Part shown: positions 9,632-19,950 of the stretch, piece after piece | How the letters are laid out: each line of letters starts with the position of its first letter | Numbering within the stretch: position 1 is the stretch's first letter | NCBI GenBank assembly: GCA_021796335.1 | Contig: JAJYHZ010000001.1 | Location: 331,870-395,869, forward strand | Direction: 5' to 3' | Length of the DNA: 64,000 bases | Origin: a bacterium | GTDB lineage: Bacteria; Patescibacteriota; Minisyncoccia; UBA6257; UBA9933 | Notes under the pieces: generated by a model | Database searches by the model: none | What the model saw: only the letters and a program-made list of their open reading frames with translations | Told to the model about the DNA's origin: nothing | Program-made: the position numbers and the translations under genes

Positions 9632-9824
9632 AATTTTATAATTGAATTAAATTCAAAACCTGCGCCTAAATTAATCCTAACCCAGACCAAACACAAAAAA
9701 CAAGATTCAAGTCATACGAATAGCTTAATCATATTTTTTAATTTTAATAATTTGTAACAAACCTCATTTCCGATCGTATATTAATTATGGTTGAAAGGTC
9801 GGCAAATTTATTTATTCGAAAATA

Positions 9825-10517
9825 ATGATCAAGAAAATAATAACGGGCTTGGGAATTATCAGCGCAATAGCGGGTTTAAGCGCTGCTGTTTTGACGAATG
9901 CTCAAACAACAGAAACAACTGCAACACCGTCGTCCGGAGAACATTCGATTTTAAACGTCGGACCTCAGGGGCGCGTTCTTATGCGTGGAACCATAGCTTC
10001 GGTTTCCAGCGGCATTATCACCGTAAACAGCTGGGGCGGAGTTTGGACTGTTAATGTTTCTTCATCTGCCAAAGTGCTTCCGGCAGCAGCCAATAATGAC
10101 ATCACTCAATTCAAAACCGGAGATTTTGTCGGGGTTCAAGGAACTGTTTCGACGTCAGCCAATTTCACGATTGATGCCAGTTTAGTCCGCGATTGGACAT
10201 ATCGCCAAGCGATGAATCAAGAACGCAGACAGAATGTTCAGTCAGCCAGCCAAACGATTAAAAGCGGCACTCCTAAAAACTACGCAGGTACAGTCAGTAA
10301 TATAAGCGATTCGTCATTTACCCTTACAAACAAAAAAGGGACTGCCTTTACCGTAGATGTTCCGACAGGAACCGAAGTCGTAAACCGTAATTGGATCAAT
10401 CTCCCTATTGCGAACATTCAAAATGGCGATCAAGTTCATGCGTGGGGCATAAATTCAAGCAGCACGATTGCCGGTCAAATTGTTCGAGATATTTCGATTC
10501 CGAGCAAATCCCATTAA
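9825..10517 (+). CDS. Secreted protein with two DUF5666-like beta repeats
   Basis: Signal peptide/TM; internal repeat GT(I/V)S..S....(I/F)T(V/L)....G..(W/F)TV(N/D)V. Confidence 0.45.
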   Translation: MIKKIITGLGIISAIAGLSAAVLTNAQTTETTATPSSGEHSILNVGPQGRVLMRGTIASVSSGIITVNSWGGVWTVNVSSSAKVLPAAANNDITQFKTGDFVGVQGTVSTSANFTIDASLVRDWTYRQAMNQERRQNVQSASQTIKSGTPKNYAGTVSNISDSSFTLTNKKGTAFTVDVPTGTEVVNRNWINLPIANIQNGDQVHAWGINSSSTIAGQIVRDISIPSKSH

Positions 10518-10546
10518 ATTTCTAATTCAAGTGCTGTATAAATAAA

Positions 10547-10581
10547 AATCCATCCGCCGCGGCGGATGGATTTTTATTTTA
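10547..10581. terminator. Bidirectional rho-independent terminator between convergent genes
   Basis: Stem AUCCAUCCGCCGC/GCGGCGGAUGGAU flanked by A-rich and T-rich runs. Confidence 0.6.
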
Positions 10582-10597
10582 ATTCTTAAGCCACGGC

Positions 10598-12100
10598 TTA
10601 AACCTCGGCTAAATCCGATCCTAATGATTTTTCCAATTTATGCTCGTCTTTTATTTTTATCCCCAGAGCGGTGACGGCTCCCAAAAGAAGAATAACCGCC
10701 GCCACGATATATACATTAGAATAAGCCACTACTTGAGCCTTAAGTATGATTAATCCGATAAATTGTTTTATTGTTTCCGGATTTTTAACGTAAAGAGAAC
10801 TGAACTGTGACGTTTTTATAACGTTCGAATTTATGGAATTGTTCAAAATAGTGGTGAATATTGCTATACCAAAAGCTCCCGCTATATTCCTCGCCAAAGC
10901 TAAAATTGAAGATGCGATTCCCACTTCGCTGACCGGAACACTGGAAGCGATAATATTCGTCCTCTGTGCCATCCCCAACCCCATGCCGAAAACCATTATG
11001 ACCATCGGGATTATAATTGCCAAGGGCCCGGAGCGCGGATCAAGGTACGAGAAAAGATAAACGCCAACTGTCGCGATAAAAGTTCCGCCGGCAATCACGT
11101 AGCGCGTTTGAACCTTCCCTATTAAACTTCCGCCCAAAGGAGAAGCAATCATTAAAGTAAACGCCATCGGCATAAAGAGATAGCCGGCCTGAGTCGCGCT
11201 ATAGCCCAAAAACGTCTGGGCGAAAATCGGAATCAAAAAAATACTTCCCATCATCGCCATAAAAATTATCGAGGTATTTATAAGTGTGATTGAAAAAATG
11301 CTATTCCTGAAAAATTTGAAATCGACAATTGGTTCTTCATGGTTTCGTTCGATATGATAAAAAATTGATCCGAAAGCTATAACCAAAAAGTACATCAAAA
11401 AACTCCAGCCGGAAAACCAGCCCCAATTAAGACCCTGGTCGAGAACTAAAACCAAAGCTGAAAGTGCCACCCCTAAAGTTATAGCGCCCCACCAGTCAAA
11501 ACGCGCCGTTTTTCTCTCTGATTTCGATTCTTCGATAAATGCCAGCGCCATAAATAACCCGATAAGTCCAACCGGCAAATTGACCAAAAATATGGACCGC
11601 CATCCGAAATAATCTATAAGAGGACCGCCGATAAGCGGTCCGAAAACCGATGCCATGGCAAAAGAAGCTGTCCAAATTCCCAAAGCTTGAGCTCTTTCTT
11701 TTCCGTTTTCAAAAGTGAAAGCTAAAATCGCCATTGCTGTCGGATAATCGGCCGAACCGGCTATGGCTTGAATAACCCGGAAAACAATCATGGAACTTAA
11801 ATTCCATGAAAACCCGGCTAAAATCGAACCTCCTATGAAAATCAGAAAACCGAGAATATATACCTTTTTCCGACCAACCGTATCGCCAAGTTTCCCCCAA
11901 ATCGGAACAAAAATCGCGTTCGCCAAAATATAAGCCGTGGCAATCCATCCGGCCGCTGAGACGGTTATCCTAAAATCGTTGATTATTTTCGGCAAAGCCA
12001 GATTAACCACCGTCTGATCTAATCTTCCCAAAAAAGTTCCTATGATGACGGTAATAAGTACAATCCATTTCAAATTTTTCCCGTCTTTTTTCGGCATCAA
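10598..12100 (-). CDS. MFS transporter, DHA2 (EmrB/QacA-like, 14 TMS) drug:H+ antiporter
   Basis: 500 aa; motif A-like GxLaDrxGrkk (GKLGDTVGRKK); 14 predicted TM segments. Confidence 0.8.
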   Translation of the reverse strand: MMPKKDGKNLKWIVLITVIIGTFLGRLDQTVVNLALPKIINDFRITVSAAGWIATAYILANAIFVPIWGKLGDTVGRKKVYILGFLIFIGGSILAGFSWNLSSMIVFRVIQAIAGSADYPTAMAILAFTFENGKERAQALGIWTASFAMASVFGPLIGGPLIDYFGWRSIFLVNLPVGLIGLFMALAFIEESKSERKTARFDWWGAITLGVALSALVLVLDQGLNWGWFSGWSFLMYFLVIAFGSIFYHIERNHEEPIVDFKFFRNSIFSITLINTSIIFMAMMGSIFLIPIFAQTFLGYSATQAGYLFMPMAFTLMIASPLGGSLIGKVQTRYVIAGGTFIATVGVYLFSYLDPRSGPLAIIIPMVIMVFGMGLGMAQRTNIIASSVPVSEVGIASSILALARNIAGAFGIAIFTTILNNSINSNVIKTSQFSSLYVKNPETIKQFIGLIILKAQVVAYSNVYIVAAVILLLGAVTALGIKIKDEHKLEKSLGSDLAEV

Positions 12101-12822
12101 TTCTTATAAACCCAAATTTTTGCCGACATTCCGTTTTTCAATTCCGGATACTGACCGGCATCGAATCTTATTTTTACGTCAAAATCGTTTTCCTGCCTTT
12201 GGTTGGAAATATTAAAAACCACGTCGGAGTTTTTTGAAGTCGGGCTTATTTCATCGACAACTCCCTGATATTGTTTCGAACCGAAAGCGTCAATGGTAAA
12301 AATAGCCCTGTCTCCGACATGAATCTCGTCAAGACCCTTATCCTCTTCAAGTTGGCCTACAACCCGCAATTCTTGCGGCTGAATCATCGTGACCACAGCT
12401 TGTCCCGGATTAAATAATGTTCCTATATTCTTGTTTACCGAAATAATCAGCCCTCCCACCTGGGATTTTATAAGCTGATTTCCGACCAAAGCGACTGCAG
12501 TATCCGGACCGATTGTGTCCCCTTCCTGGACATAAACGTTCTGAAGTATGCCTGAGATTTGCGGCGCCAGTTGAATTTGCGGCGCTGAAATTTGCGAATT
12601 TTCTATATAAACTCTCGAATCCGCAACCTTCATGTAAGCAAAAGCGCCGATCGCTCCCCCGACAACAAGAATCAAAAAAGCGCTGATCATCATTATTCTG
12701 CGATTCAGTTTCTTGATTTCCGCTTCTTCGGATTTAATTTCTTTTGTAATCTTCTTTTCTTTATCAATGATTTCTTTTTCCAAATTTTTTACAGAATTAT
12801 TCTCCATATTTTTATTCTCCAA
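12097..12822 (-). CDS. Short HlyD-like barrel-sandwich membrane fusion protein
   Basis: N-terminal TM, lipoyl-like and beta-barrel segments (VYVQEGDTIGPDTAVALV...); start overlaps the upstream gene by 11 nt and stop overlaps the MFS start by 4 nt. Confidence 0.55.
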   Translation of the reverse strand: MENKNMENNSVKNLEKEIIDKEKKITKEIKSEEAEIKKLNRRIMMISAFLILVVGGAIGAFAYMKVADSRVYIENSQISAPQIQLAPQISGILQNVYVQEGDTIGPDTAVALVGNQLIKSQVGGLIISVNKNIGTLFNPGQAVVTMIQPQELRVVGQLEEDKGLDEIHVGDRAIFTIDAFGSKQYQGVVDEISPTSKNSDVVFNISNQRQENDFDVKIRFDAGQYPELKNGMSAKIWVYKN

Positions 12823-14422
12823 AATTAATAACTTTATCGCCCTCGGAAAGACCTCTTAAAATTTCTATTTTTCCGTCCGCGCTTTCAATACCCGTTGTTA
12901 CAATCTTTTGAATCGGCTGTCCGCCGGAACCCGGAATCAAAACAATCATTTCATCATTTTTTCTCATTACGGCTTCCCGCGGCAAAATAAGGACGCTTTG
13001 GTCTGTAACTGTAATAATGGAAACATTTGCCGTCATTCCCGCTTTAACACGGGAATCATCATTGTTAAATTGCAAAACAACTTTATAGCTTGGAGCTCCG
13101 TTAACGACGGTTTGAGCCGGATCTATAGTAACCACCTTGGCGGGGAAAACCGGACTAGAACCGTAAGCATCCAAGGTCACATTTGCGTCATTACCCGTTT
13201 TTATTTTAGCGATATCCGCCTCGGAAACATAGGTATCTATTTCAAACTGCTTGCCGGAAATAAGAGAAATTGCTGAAACATTGGGCGAAGCGATTTCCCC
13301 CAACTTGGCGTTAACCGCCGAAACTATTCCGGAAAACGGGGCTGTAATTATTCCTTTGGCAATTTGAGCCTGAACATTTTTCAGGGTAGCCAAATAATGA
13401 TCGACTTGAGCTTGTTGAGCGTCGATTTCTTCCTGCGTATAACCAGCCTTAGTGACATTTAATTGATCCTGATAAGTTTGCACAACCAATTTTTGAGATT
13501 TAATTGTCTGGGATTCGGCATTTAATTCAGAAATAGCGCCGTTTACTTCCGTTCTCGCAATACTTAAATTATTTTTATACGAATCTATGCTTGACTGAGG
13601 AAAAGAAGGGGTCGGAACCGCCGATGATAAAGCATTTACGAGAATATCCAGAAAATCTCGTATCGCCGCCAGATGGTTTTGTGAATTTTCGATTTCATTT
13701 TCCAGATCGGAATCGGAAGAATTTGAGCTCATAGTCTCAAGTTCCGAATTCCAACTTGCCAATTCGCTATTTACCGCCGCCCTCTGGGATTCAGAATTTA
13801 TTTTAAGTTGATTATCCGCGGGCTGAAAATTCAATGCAGGCAATTGAGTTTCAGGATTGGTAAAAAGATCATCCGTTTGCTTGCGTACGGCATCATCGGC
13901 TTTGGAATAAGCGTCCTGAATAGTGTCGTAAACGCCGGAATAAATGTTATTCAAATCCTGCTGAGCTTTTTGAAGCTGAGTAGTCGAAAGCGCGACCTGT
14001 TCCGGCCTCGGGCCGTTTTCCATTTCCTTGAGTTTTGCCGTCTGACCGTCTACGTCGGCCTGAGCCTGGTTAAGTTGCGCCACCAAATCGGAATTAGATA
14101 ATTCGACGAGAGTCTGCCCGGCCGAAACGCTTTGTCCGATTTGAACGTTTACTAATGCGATTTTCCCGCCTATTACGAATCCCAAATCGGCCGATTGAGC
14201 CGGATTGACTTGTCCGGAAACATCAACTTCCTGCGTTATCGCACCCCTCTCCACCTGGGAAATTTTATAGGCGGGCAGAACGGAATTGGATTTGTAATAC
14301 GCATAACTCACTCCGGCAATTAAAATTATTGCCGCGCCGGCGCCGATAATATAAGGATGCTTTAATAACTGGATTTTTTTGATTTTATTCATCCGCATGA
14401 ACTTCTTTATTAAAATTAGCAA
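12812..14422 (-). CDS. Efflux periplasmic adaptor (membrane fusion protein) with a long coiled-coil hairpin
   Basis: TM anchor, lipoyl half (VSGQVNPAQSADLGF..GKI), ~250-aa Q/A/L-rich coiled coil, C-terminal beta-barrel/MPD. Confidence 0.7.
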   Translation of the reverse strand: MLILIKKFMRMNKIKKIQLLKHPYIIGAGAAIILIAGVSYAYYKSNSVLPAYKISQVERGAITQEVDVSGQVNPAQSADLGFVIGGKIALVNVQIGQSVSAGQTLVELSNSDLVAQLNQAQADVDGQTAKLKEMENGPRPEQVALSTTQLQKAQQDLNNIYSGVYDTIQDAYSKADDAVRKQTDDLFTNPETQLPALNFQPADNQLKINSESQRAAVNSELASWNSELETMSSNSSDSDLENEIENSQNHLAAIRDFLDILVNALSSAVPTPSFPQSSIDSYKNNLSIARTEVNGAISELNAESQTIKSQKLVVQTYQDQLNVTKAGYTQEEIDAQQAQVDHYLATLKNVQAQIAKGIITAPFSGIVSAVNAKLGEIASPNVSAISLISGKQFEIDTYVSEADIAKIKTGNDANVTLDAYGSSPVFPAKVVTIDPAQTVVNGAPSYKVVLQFNNDDSRVKAGMTANVSIITVTDQSVLILPREAVMRKNDEMIVLIPGSGGQPIQKIVTTGIESADGKIEILRGLSEGDKVINFGE

Positions 14423-14486
14423 GAATTTTAATTACGCAATTTTCAAAAAAGAAATTAATTATTTTTTTATATTCCGCATCGATAAA

Positions 14487-14921
14487 TCATATGCGAGGTT
14501 CGATATTTTCGACCAGTTCTTTCAGCAATTTCGTAATAATTTTCACCTTTCTTTCCCCCATTTTTCTGAGGCTTTTTGATACCGGACTCGAATCCAGCCC
14601 TTCCCTTATTCTCTTTACCAAGGCTGAACCTTTGGAAGTTATTTCTATCGGGATTTTTCTCCTGTCTTTCGGATCAGATCGCCGTATTACCATTTTTTTG
14701 TTCTCTAAAAAATCAACCACCGGAACCAATGAAGGCGGACTCACCAGCATCTCCCGGGAAATTTCGCGAATTGATTTTTTTCCGGAATAAATAAGCGTCA
14801 AAACAGCGTATTGCAAGGGCGTCATTCCAGAACTGGTCTTTGCTAATCGTTTTTCCAAATCAACTTTGGAATATCTTAAAATCCTAGAAAGTAATTTTTT
14901 AATCTCTGTATTATTATTCAC
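14487..14921 (-). CDS. MarR family transcriptional regulator (first gene of the efflux operon)
   Basis: wHTH TPLQYAVLTLIY...SIREISREMLVSPPSLVPVVDFLENKKMVIRRSDPKDRRK. Confidence 0.8.
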   Translation of the reverse strand: MNNNTEIKKLLSRILRYSKVDLEKRLAKTSSGMTPLQYAVLTLIYSGKKSIREISREMLVSPPSLVPVVDFLENKKMVIRRSDPKDRRKIPIEITSKGSALVKRIREGLDSSPVSKSLRKMGERKVKIITKLLKELVENIEPRI

Positions 14922-14980
14922 TTAATTAAATATTAACCAACTTAATCAATTTGTCAAACTGTTTTTATCTTAGCGCATTT

Positions 14981-15013
14981 GAGAAAAAAATACCGTCCCG
15001 CTAAGCGGGACGG
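14981..15013 (-). terminator. Rho-independent terminator (CCGUCCCGC-UAA-GCGGGACGG + U-run) for gene 15040..15396
   Basis: Perfect 9-bp stem; T7 run on the minus strand. Confidence 0.6.
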
Positions 15014-15039
15014 CTTTCACCTCCTTTCGTTTTTACTGG

Positions 15040-15396
15040 CTATCTCGTCTGACAACGCGGGCCGGAAAAATCATCATAATTACAAACCCAAGAAAAATTA
15101 CTTTCAGGAAAGATAAAGGACCTTCCCCGCAAACCATAGCGATCCAGGATTTTATCCCTGGCAGCGGTTATTGGCTCCAGTTTTTTGTTCTCTTGCCATT
15201 CCTGCGAAGTTTCGTTATTGCAAACTTCGCAAAACTTCTTTTCCAGCTGGTTCAGGCGGTTGTAATCGCCGCCCGACACCAGGCCTGCCCGGAGAAGTTC
15301 CCCGGGCGTATAGGGGATCATCCGGTATTTTACCACGAAGATACCGGATATTATGACAAATAAAACCAAAATTAAACCGAATCCGAATCCTTTCAC
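15040..15396 (-). CDS. Hypothetical membrane-anchored Cys-containing protein
   Basis: 118-aa ORF with an N-terminal TM; no recognisable domain. Confidence 0.35.
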   Translation of the reverse strand: MKGFGFGLILVLFVIISGIFVVKYRMIPYTPGELLRAGLVSGGDYNRLNQLEKKFCEVCNNETSQEWQENKKLEPITAARDKILDRYGLRGRSFIFPESNFSWVCNYDDFSGPRCQTR

Positions 15397-15506
15397 TATT
15401 CACCTCCGATGATTTATTAACTGCTTTTAAATGTATACTATAATATAGAATAAATATCAATCGATGTTTATATAATTTATATAGATTTCTTTATTTTATA
15501 TACCGT

Positions 15507-15674
15507 TTACCTGACCATTAATCCGATTGCCATCCCCAGATAATACGGCCAAATCAGAATGGCCAAAATTCCTTTCCAAAAAAACGGGATCTGCAAAAAT
15601 CCTAAAGTAAACAGCCATCCGACAATCCATAAAACTCCGGAAAAGCTATGCTGTTCGATCTTAATTCTTTCCAT
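15507..15674 (-). CDS. Small (55 aa) two-TM membrane protein immediately downstream of the Cu-ATPase
   Basis: Hand translation MERIKIEQHSFSGVLWIVGWLFTLGFLQIPFFWKGILAILIWPYYLGMAIGLMVR; below the ORF-track size cutoff. Confidence 0.3.
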   Translation of the reverse strand: MERIKIEQHSFSGVLWIVGWLFTLGFLQIPFFWKGILAILIWPYYLGMAIGLMVR

Positions 15675-15734
15675 AATTCAATTATACCAATAAATTGCAG
15701 AAAATGACTTGAATGGACTTGAGCGCAAATTTAT

Positions 15735-17792
15735 TCACGCATTCAGATTAATGCGGCGGAGCATCATTGCATTTATTACCACAATCACGGTCGAAGCGCT
15801 CATAAGAAGAGCCCCTATTTCCGGCCGCAATATAAACCCTATTCCCGCAAAAATTCCCGCAGCCGACGGAATCGTTATAATATTGTATCCGAAAGCCCAG
15901 ACAAGATTTTGAACCATTTTGCCGTAAACCTTTCTCGATAGAATTAAAAGTCTGGCGATATCTTCAGGATTATTTCTCGTCAATATAACGTCTCCGGCCT
16001 CTACCGCCACGTCAGTTCCCGCGCCTATCGCAATGCCGACGTCGGACTGCATCAAGGCCGGGGCATCGTTTACTCCGTCTCCGACCATAAGGACAATATT
16101 ATTTTTTTCTTGTAATTCTTTAATGTGCCGAAATTTGTCTTCCGGTAAAACTTCCGAAAAATAATCGTCTATTTTCAGTTCTTCGGCAACTTCCTTGGCC
16201 GCCAGTTCGTTATCACCGGTTATCATAGCCACTTTTATCCCGAGCGAATGCAATTTTTTCACAGCCTCATAGGATTCTTTTTTAATTTCATCGGCAAGAA
16301 CAATAAGCCCGATCGTTTTTTTGTCATCAGCTACAAAAATTATCGTTTTCCCTTTTTCCGAAAGCTTTTCCGCTTCTTTTTGGGCTTTATTAATGTCTAT
16401 GCCAAATTCCGCCAATAGTGATTTATTTCCAATAAAATAATTCCTGCCGGAAATTTTAGCGCGGCTGCCCTTTCCAATAATACTTTCGAATTCAGAGGCT
16501 TCCGCGAAATCCGTTCCTTTTGCTGCGGCATATTTAACAACAGATTGGGCGATTACATGAGAAGAATGACGATCTATGGAAGACGCGACTTGCAAAATTT
16601 CATCCTGATTGAAATTATCAAATGCCAAAATATCCGTAATTCCAAATTGTCCCCTAGTTAAAGTGCCTGTTTTATCAAAAACAACATAATCGGCTTTCTT
16701 AATTACTTCAAATTTTGATAAGTCCTTGATGAATACCCCGTTTTTCGCCGACAACGAAGTGGCTATCGTGGTAACCGTAGGTATGGCAAGGCCAAGAGCA
16801 TGCGGGCAAGCGATGACAAGAACGGTAATCGCGAGAGTGATGCTGAAAACAAATGATTCTCCTACGATAAAAAACCAAATAATAAAAGCCAGCACGGCGA
16901 CCGAAACGACGATAAAAGTCAGCAGAGCCGAAGCTTTATCCGCAATTCTTTGCGAATTTGGCTTTGTTTGCTGAGCCGAAGCGATTAATTTTTGAATTTG
17001 ACCTATGGTTGAACGCTCTCCAACACGGATAATTCTAACGGTTAAAAATCCGTCCATAACAATCGATCCCGCCACAACCGAACTGCCCCTTTGTTTTTCA
17101 ACCGGCTTTGACTCTCCGCTGATGAGCGATTCGTCTATATTTGATTGTCCTTCAATCACCGTTCCGTCAGCCGGAATTCTTTCTCCCGATTTTACGGAAA
17201 CCAGATCATTTTCCCTGAGACTGCCGATATCAACATCTTCTTCATTGTTGCCCGATAACCGGTGCGCTCTTTTTGGAAGCAGTTTTGCAACCTCCGCCAA
17301 AGCATCTCCCGCAGCAAGGCTTGAACGCGCTTCGAGATAATGACCGAATAAAAGCACCCATATAAGAGTTGCTATTTCAAGATAAAATTCTGCGTTAAGG
17401 AACGGATAGAAAGTGGAAGCAGCCGAAAATAAGTAACCGGCCCCTACCGCAAGCGACACCAAAGTCATCATCCCGTATTTACGCATTTTTATCTCATGCC
17501 AGGCATGCTGGAAAAAAACCAGCGAAAAACCGAAAATTATCGTTGCAATCCCGAATTGAATCCATTTATCCAAATTGAACGCCGGAAAGCTTAAAATCCC
17601 TGCAACAGCCTTATTTGTTAAAGCCAAAGGAACAAGAAGAACGGTTACGATTAAAAAGCGCCGCAAAAAATCTCGGGCCGATCTATTATTTATATCTGAA
17701 CCATGTTCCCCGGTATTATTCTGATGGTTTTCATGGCCGGAATGATTATGGTCTGAATGATCATACATATTTTTATAATTGCAACAATCCAT
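15735..17792 (-). CDS. Copper-translocating P1B-type ATPase, CopB-like (His-rich N-terminus, CPH motif)
   Basis: N-terminal His-rich DHSDHNHSGHENH, TM6 CPH (ACPHALGLAIP), DKTGTLT, GDGVNDAPAL, HP-like region. Confidence 0.85.
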   Translation of the reverse strand: MDCCNYKNMYDHSDHNHSGHENHQNNTGEHGSDINNRSARDFLRRFLIVTVLLVPLALTNKAVAGILSFPAFNLDKWIQFGIATIIFGFSLVFFQHAWHEIKMRKYGMMTLVSLAVGAGYLFSAASTFYPFLNAEFYLEIATLIWVLLFGHYLEARSSLAAGDALAEVAKLLPKRAHRLSGNNEEDVDIGSLRENDLVSVKSGERIPADGTVIEGQSNIDESLISGESKPVEKQRGSSVVAGSIVMDGFLTVRIIRVGERSTIGQIQKLIASAQQTKPNSQRIADKASALLTFIVVSVAVLAFIIWFFIVGESFVFSITLAITVLVIACPHALGLAIPTVTTIATSLSAKNGVFIKDLSKFEVIKKADYVVFDKTGTLTRGQFGITDILAFDNFNQDEILQVASSIDRHSSHVIAQSVVKYAAAKGTDFAEASEFESIIGKGSRAKISGRNYFIGNKSLLAEFGIDINKAQKEAEKLSEKGKTIIFVADDKKTIGLIVLADEIKKESYEAVKKLHSLGIKVAMITGDNELAAKEVAEELKIDDYFSEVLPEDKFRHIKELQEKNNIVLMVGDGVNDAPALMQSDVGIAIGAGTDVAVEAGDVILTRNNPEDIARLLILSRKVYGKMVQNLVWAFGYNIITIPSAAGIFAGIGFILRPEIGALLMSASTVIVVINAMMLRRINLNA

Positions 17793-17928
17793 CTTTTAAA
17801 TCAAGGTTAATAAATCAGGATTAAATCGTCTTAAAAAGAATATCATTTGGTTTTGATAAATCCAACATAACAAAAACCGGCGCTTTTTGGGTCTTATTTT
17901 TTCAATGTTATTATAGTACACTTCTAAA

Positions 17929-18294
17929 ATGGATTCTTTGACTCCAACAACTTGCCCGTTTTGCCATACAGCAATTTCAGCTGCAGATTATTTTTGTCCG
18001 AATTGCGGGAAAAAATTAAAAGACAAACCTCCTGCAACAACAATATCCAAACAAATAATTGTCTATTTAGTCAGTTTGCTCCTGCCTCCATTCGGAATTG
18101 TTTATGCCTGGAGATATTTAAAACAAGCCGACGGAAAATCCCAAAAAATCGGGATTGCGGCCGTTGTTTTAACCGTTATTGCCCTGGCTCTCACAATTTG
18201 GGCAACTAAATTAATGATTGATTCGATAAATCAACAACTAAATTCTTTTAATTCTTCATACAATCTGAATAATCTCAATAATTACGGGTTTTAA
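17929..18294 (+). CDS. Zinc-ribbon (CPFC...CPNC) membrane protein
   Basis: N-terminal C-x2-C-x13-C-x2-C ribbon followed by 2 TM helices. Confidence 0.45.
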   Translation: MDSLTPTTCPFCHTAISAADYFCPNCGKKLKDKPPATTISKQIIVYLVSLLLPPFGIVYAWRYLKQADGKSQKIGIAAVVLTVIALALTIWATKLMIDSINQQLNSFNSSYNLNNLNNYGF

Positions 18295-18300
18295 AAAACA

Positions 18301-18328
18301 AATAACCCGGCCTATCGGCCGGGTTATT
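18301..18328. terminator. Bidirectional terminator (AACCCGGCC-UAUC-GGCCGGGUU)
   Basis: 9-bp GC stem between convergent genes; T-run on the minus strand. Confidence 0.55.
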
Positions 18329-18403
18329 TGTCCTCACTTGTATTACGGCATTATACCGTTAAATTAGATACGATGCAATTATGGCATATTGGTGCGAACA
18401 ATA

Positions 18404-19147
18404 TTAAATCTTCCAATCGTCTATTTTAAAATCTCCGTTTTTTTTAACCGTGAAATATGCTTTCAAAAAAGCTTTTATATATGAAAACTCCAGAGACATT
18501 CCCTCCTTTTCAAACCGTCGCGGAGAACTTTTCACTGCTATCTTGGGATCAAAAACAACTCTTCCTTTTTTCCGGCTGATTATCATTGCTATGATTGCAT
18601 CATCTCCCCAAAACATCAAAGGAGGCAACCCGCCTATTTTGTCTAAAACTTCCTTTTTTACGGCAAAATTCCCGCCGATAATAACTCCCCCTTTTCGCCC
18701 GAAAACAAACAACAGTAATTTATCGACTTTCGGTAAAAATAAATCCGTAAAAATATGATTTGCCAAATTTTTAATTCCTTTGAATCCGTAATCAAATGGT
18801 CCCGAAACAGCAGCAACTTTTTCATCTTTAAAATCATTTTCTATCTTCGACAACCAATTTGCTGGCGCAATCGAATCCGCATCTAAAAAAGCGATTATTT
18901 CGCCCTCTGATTCCAAATAACCTCTGTTTCGCGCCATATTAGTCCCCCTTTTTGTTTCCAGTATGACTTTGTCGGCTCCCGATTTTTTCGCGATTTCCGA
19001 GGTCTTATCCGTCGAATTATTATCAACCGCAATTATCTCATAATCCCCGCGATTTATCTTCTGGTTTAAGAGACTTTTTATCGCCTGTTCGATATGCTTT
19101 TCCTCGTTATGCGCCGGTATTACAACTGAAAATTTCATCTCACACAT
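18404..19147 (-). CDS. GT2 family glycosyltransferase (polyprenol-phosphate sugar transferase-like), copy 1
   Basis: VVIPAHNEE...DNNSTD...FLDADS (DxD); ~240-aa DPM1/GtrB-like minimal GT-A. Confidence 0.8.
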   Translation of the reverse strand: MCEMKFSVVIPAHNEEKHIEQAIKSLLNQKINRGDYEIIAVDNNSTDKTSEIAKKSGADKVILETKRGTNMARNRGYLESEGEIIAFLDADSIAPANWLSKIENDFKDEKVAAVSGPFDYGFKGIKNLANHIFTDLFLPKVDKLLLFVFGRKGGVIIGGNFAVKKEVLDKIGGLPPLMFWGDDAIIAMIISRKKGRVVFDPKIAVKSSPRRFEKEGMSLEFSYIKAFLKAYFTVKKNGDFKIDDWKI

Positions 19148-19279
19148 AACTCCCGTCAGAGCGTCACAAAGTTATTCTTTGAATCTGCCCAATCCTTTAA
19201 CGTGAAGCCTTAATGTTTTCTTTCGACTAAAATAATTATCATTTATCGATTTTAGCAAATAAACGAAAAATAATTTGGA

Positions 19280-19299
19280 GAAGTTATGTGCGGAATTCA
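19280..19299 (-). promoter_or_regulatory. Conserved 20-nt motif ATGAATTCCGCACATAACTT, copy 1 of 3, ~135 nt upstream of the GT2 start
   Basis: Near-identical 20-mers at 22832-22851 and 27499-27518, all in the same orientation upstream of minus-strand genes. Confidence 0.4.
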
Positions 19300-19302
19300 T
19301 TA

Positions 19303-19941
19303 TCATTTTTTAATTTTTCTTTTTTTTCTAAAATAAAAAAACAAAACTGCCAAAACTGCTATAACAGCGACTGATATGTATATTCTTAATAAGCTGGGCA
19401 AAATGCTATAGCTCTTTCCTATTATATAACCAAGCATTATGAACTGACCAATGCCGAGTATTACTCCGGGAATATTAAATTCCAAAAATTTATCAAAAGC
19501 AAGATTAAAAGTTCCTGCTATAAAGGGCATAATCCATGAAAGCGGCCCGGCCAATCTGGCAGCAAAAACCGCGAAATTTCCGTATTTGTTGAAAAAATTT
19601 TCACCCCGTTGATAATTTTTTTCTGAAAAAATTCTGTTAAAAACCCGCCGCTTGTTTAAATACAAGAAAAAGCGGCTGCCCACTTTTCTACCGATCCAAA
19701 AATTAGTGCTGTCTCCCGATATGCCTCCCAAATATAAAGCCAATAATACAAACCATAAATTCAGATAACCTATCGCGACTAAAAATCCTCCTCCCACGAA
19801 AAAAATTTCTCCGTAGACAAACGGCGAAGTTATTATCAAAGTTTCAAAATAAGACCCCAAGAACAATATCAAGTAAGCATAGTGCTGATGCGTAAAAATC
19901 CATTGAACAAACGAATTAACTGCCGCTGGCAATGATAGCAT
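19303..19941 (-). CDS. DedA/VTT family membrane protein, copy 1
   Basis: Multi-TM with the DedA signature region (F.E....SPFVYGE...G). Confidence 0.7.
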   Translation of the reverse strand: MLSLPAAVNSFVQWIFTHQHYAYLILFLGSYFETLIITSPFVYGEIFFVGGGFLVAIGYLNLWFVLLALYLGGISGDSTNFWIGRKVGSRFFLYLNKRRVFNRIFSEKNYQRGENFFNKYGNFAVFAARLAGPLSWIMPFIAGTFNLAFDKFLEFNIPGVILGIGQFIMLGYIIGKSYSILPSLLRIYISVAVIAVLAVLFFYFRKKRKIKK

Positions 19942-19950
19942 TTTTATTTA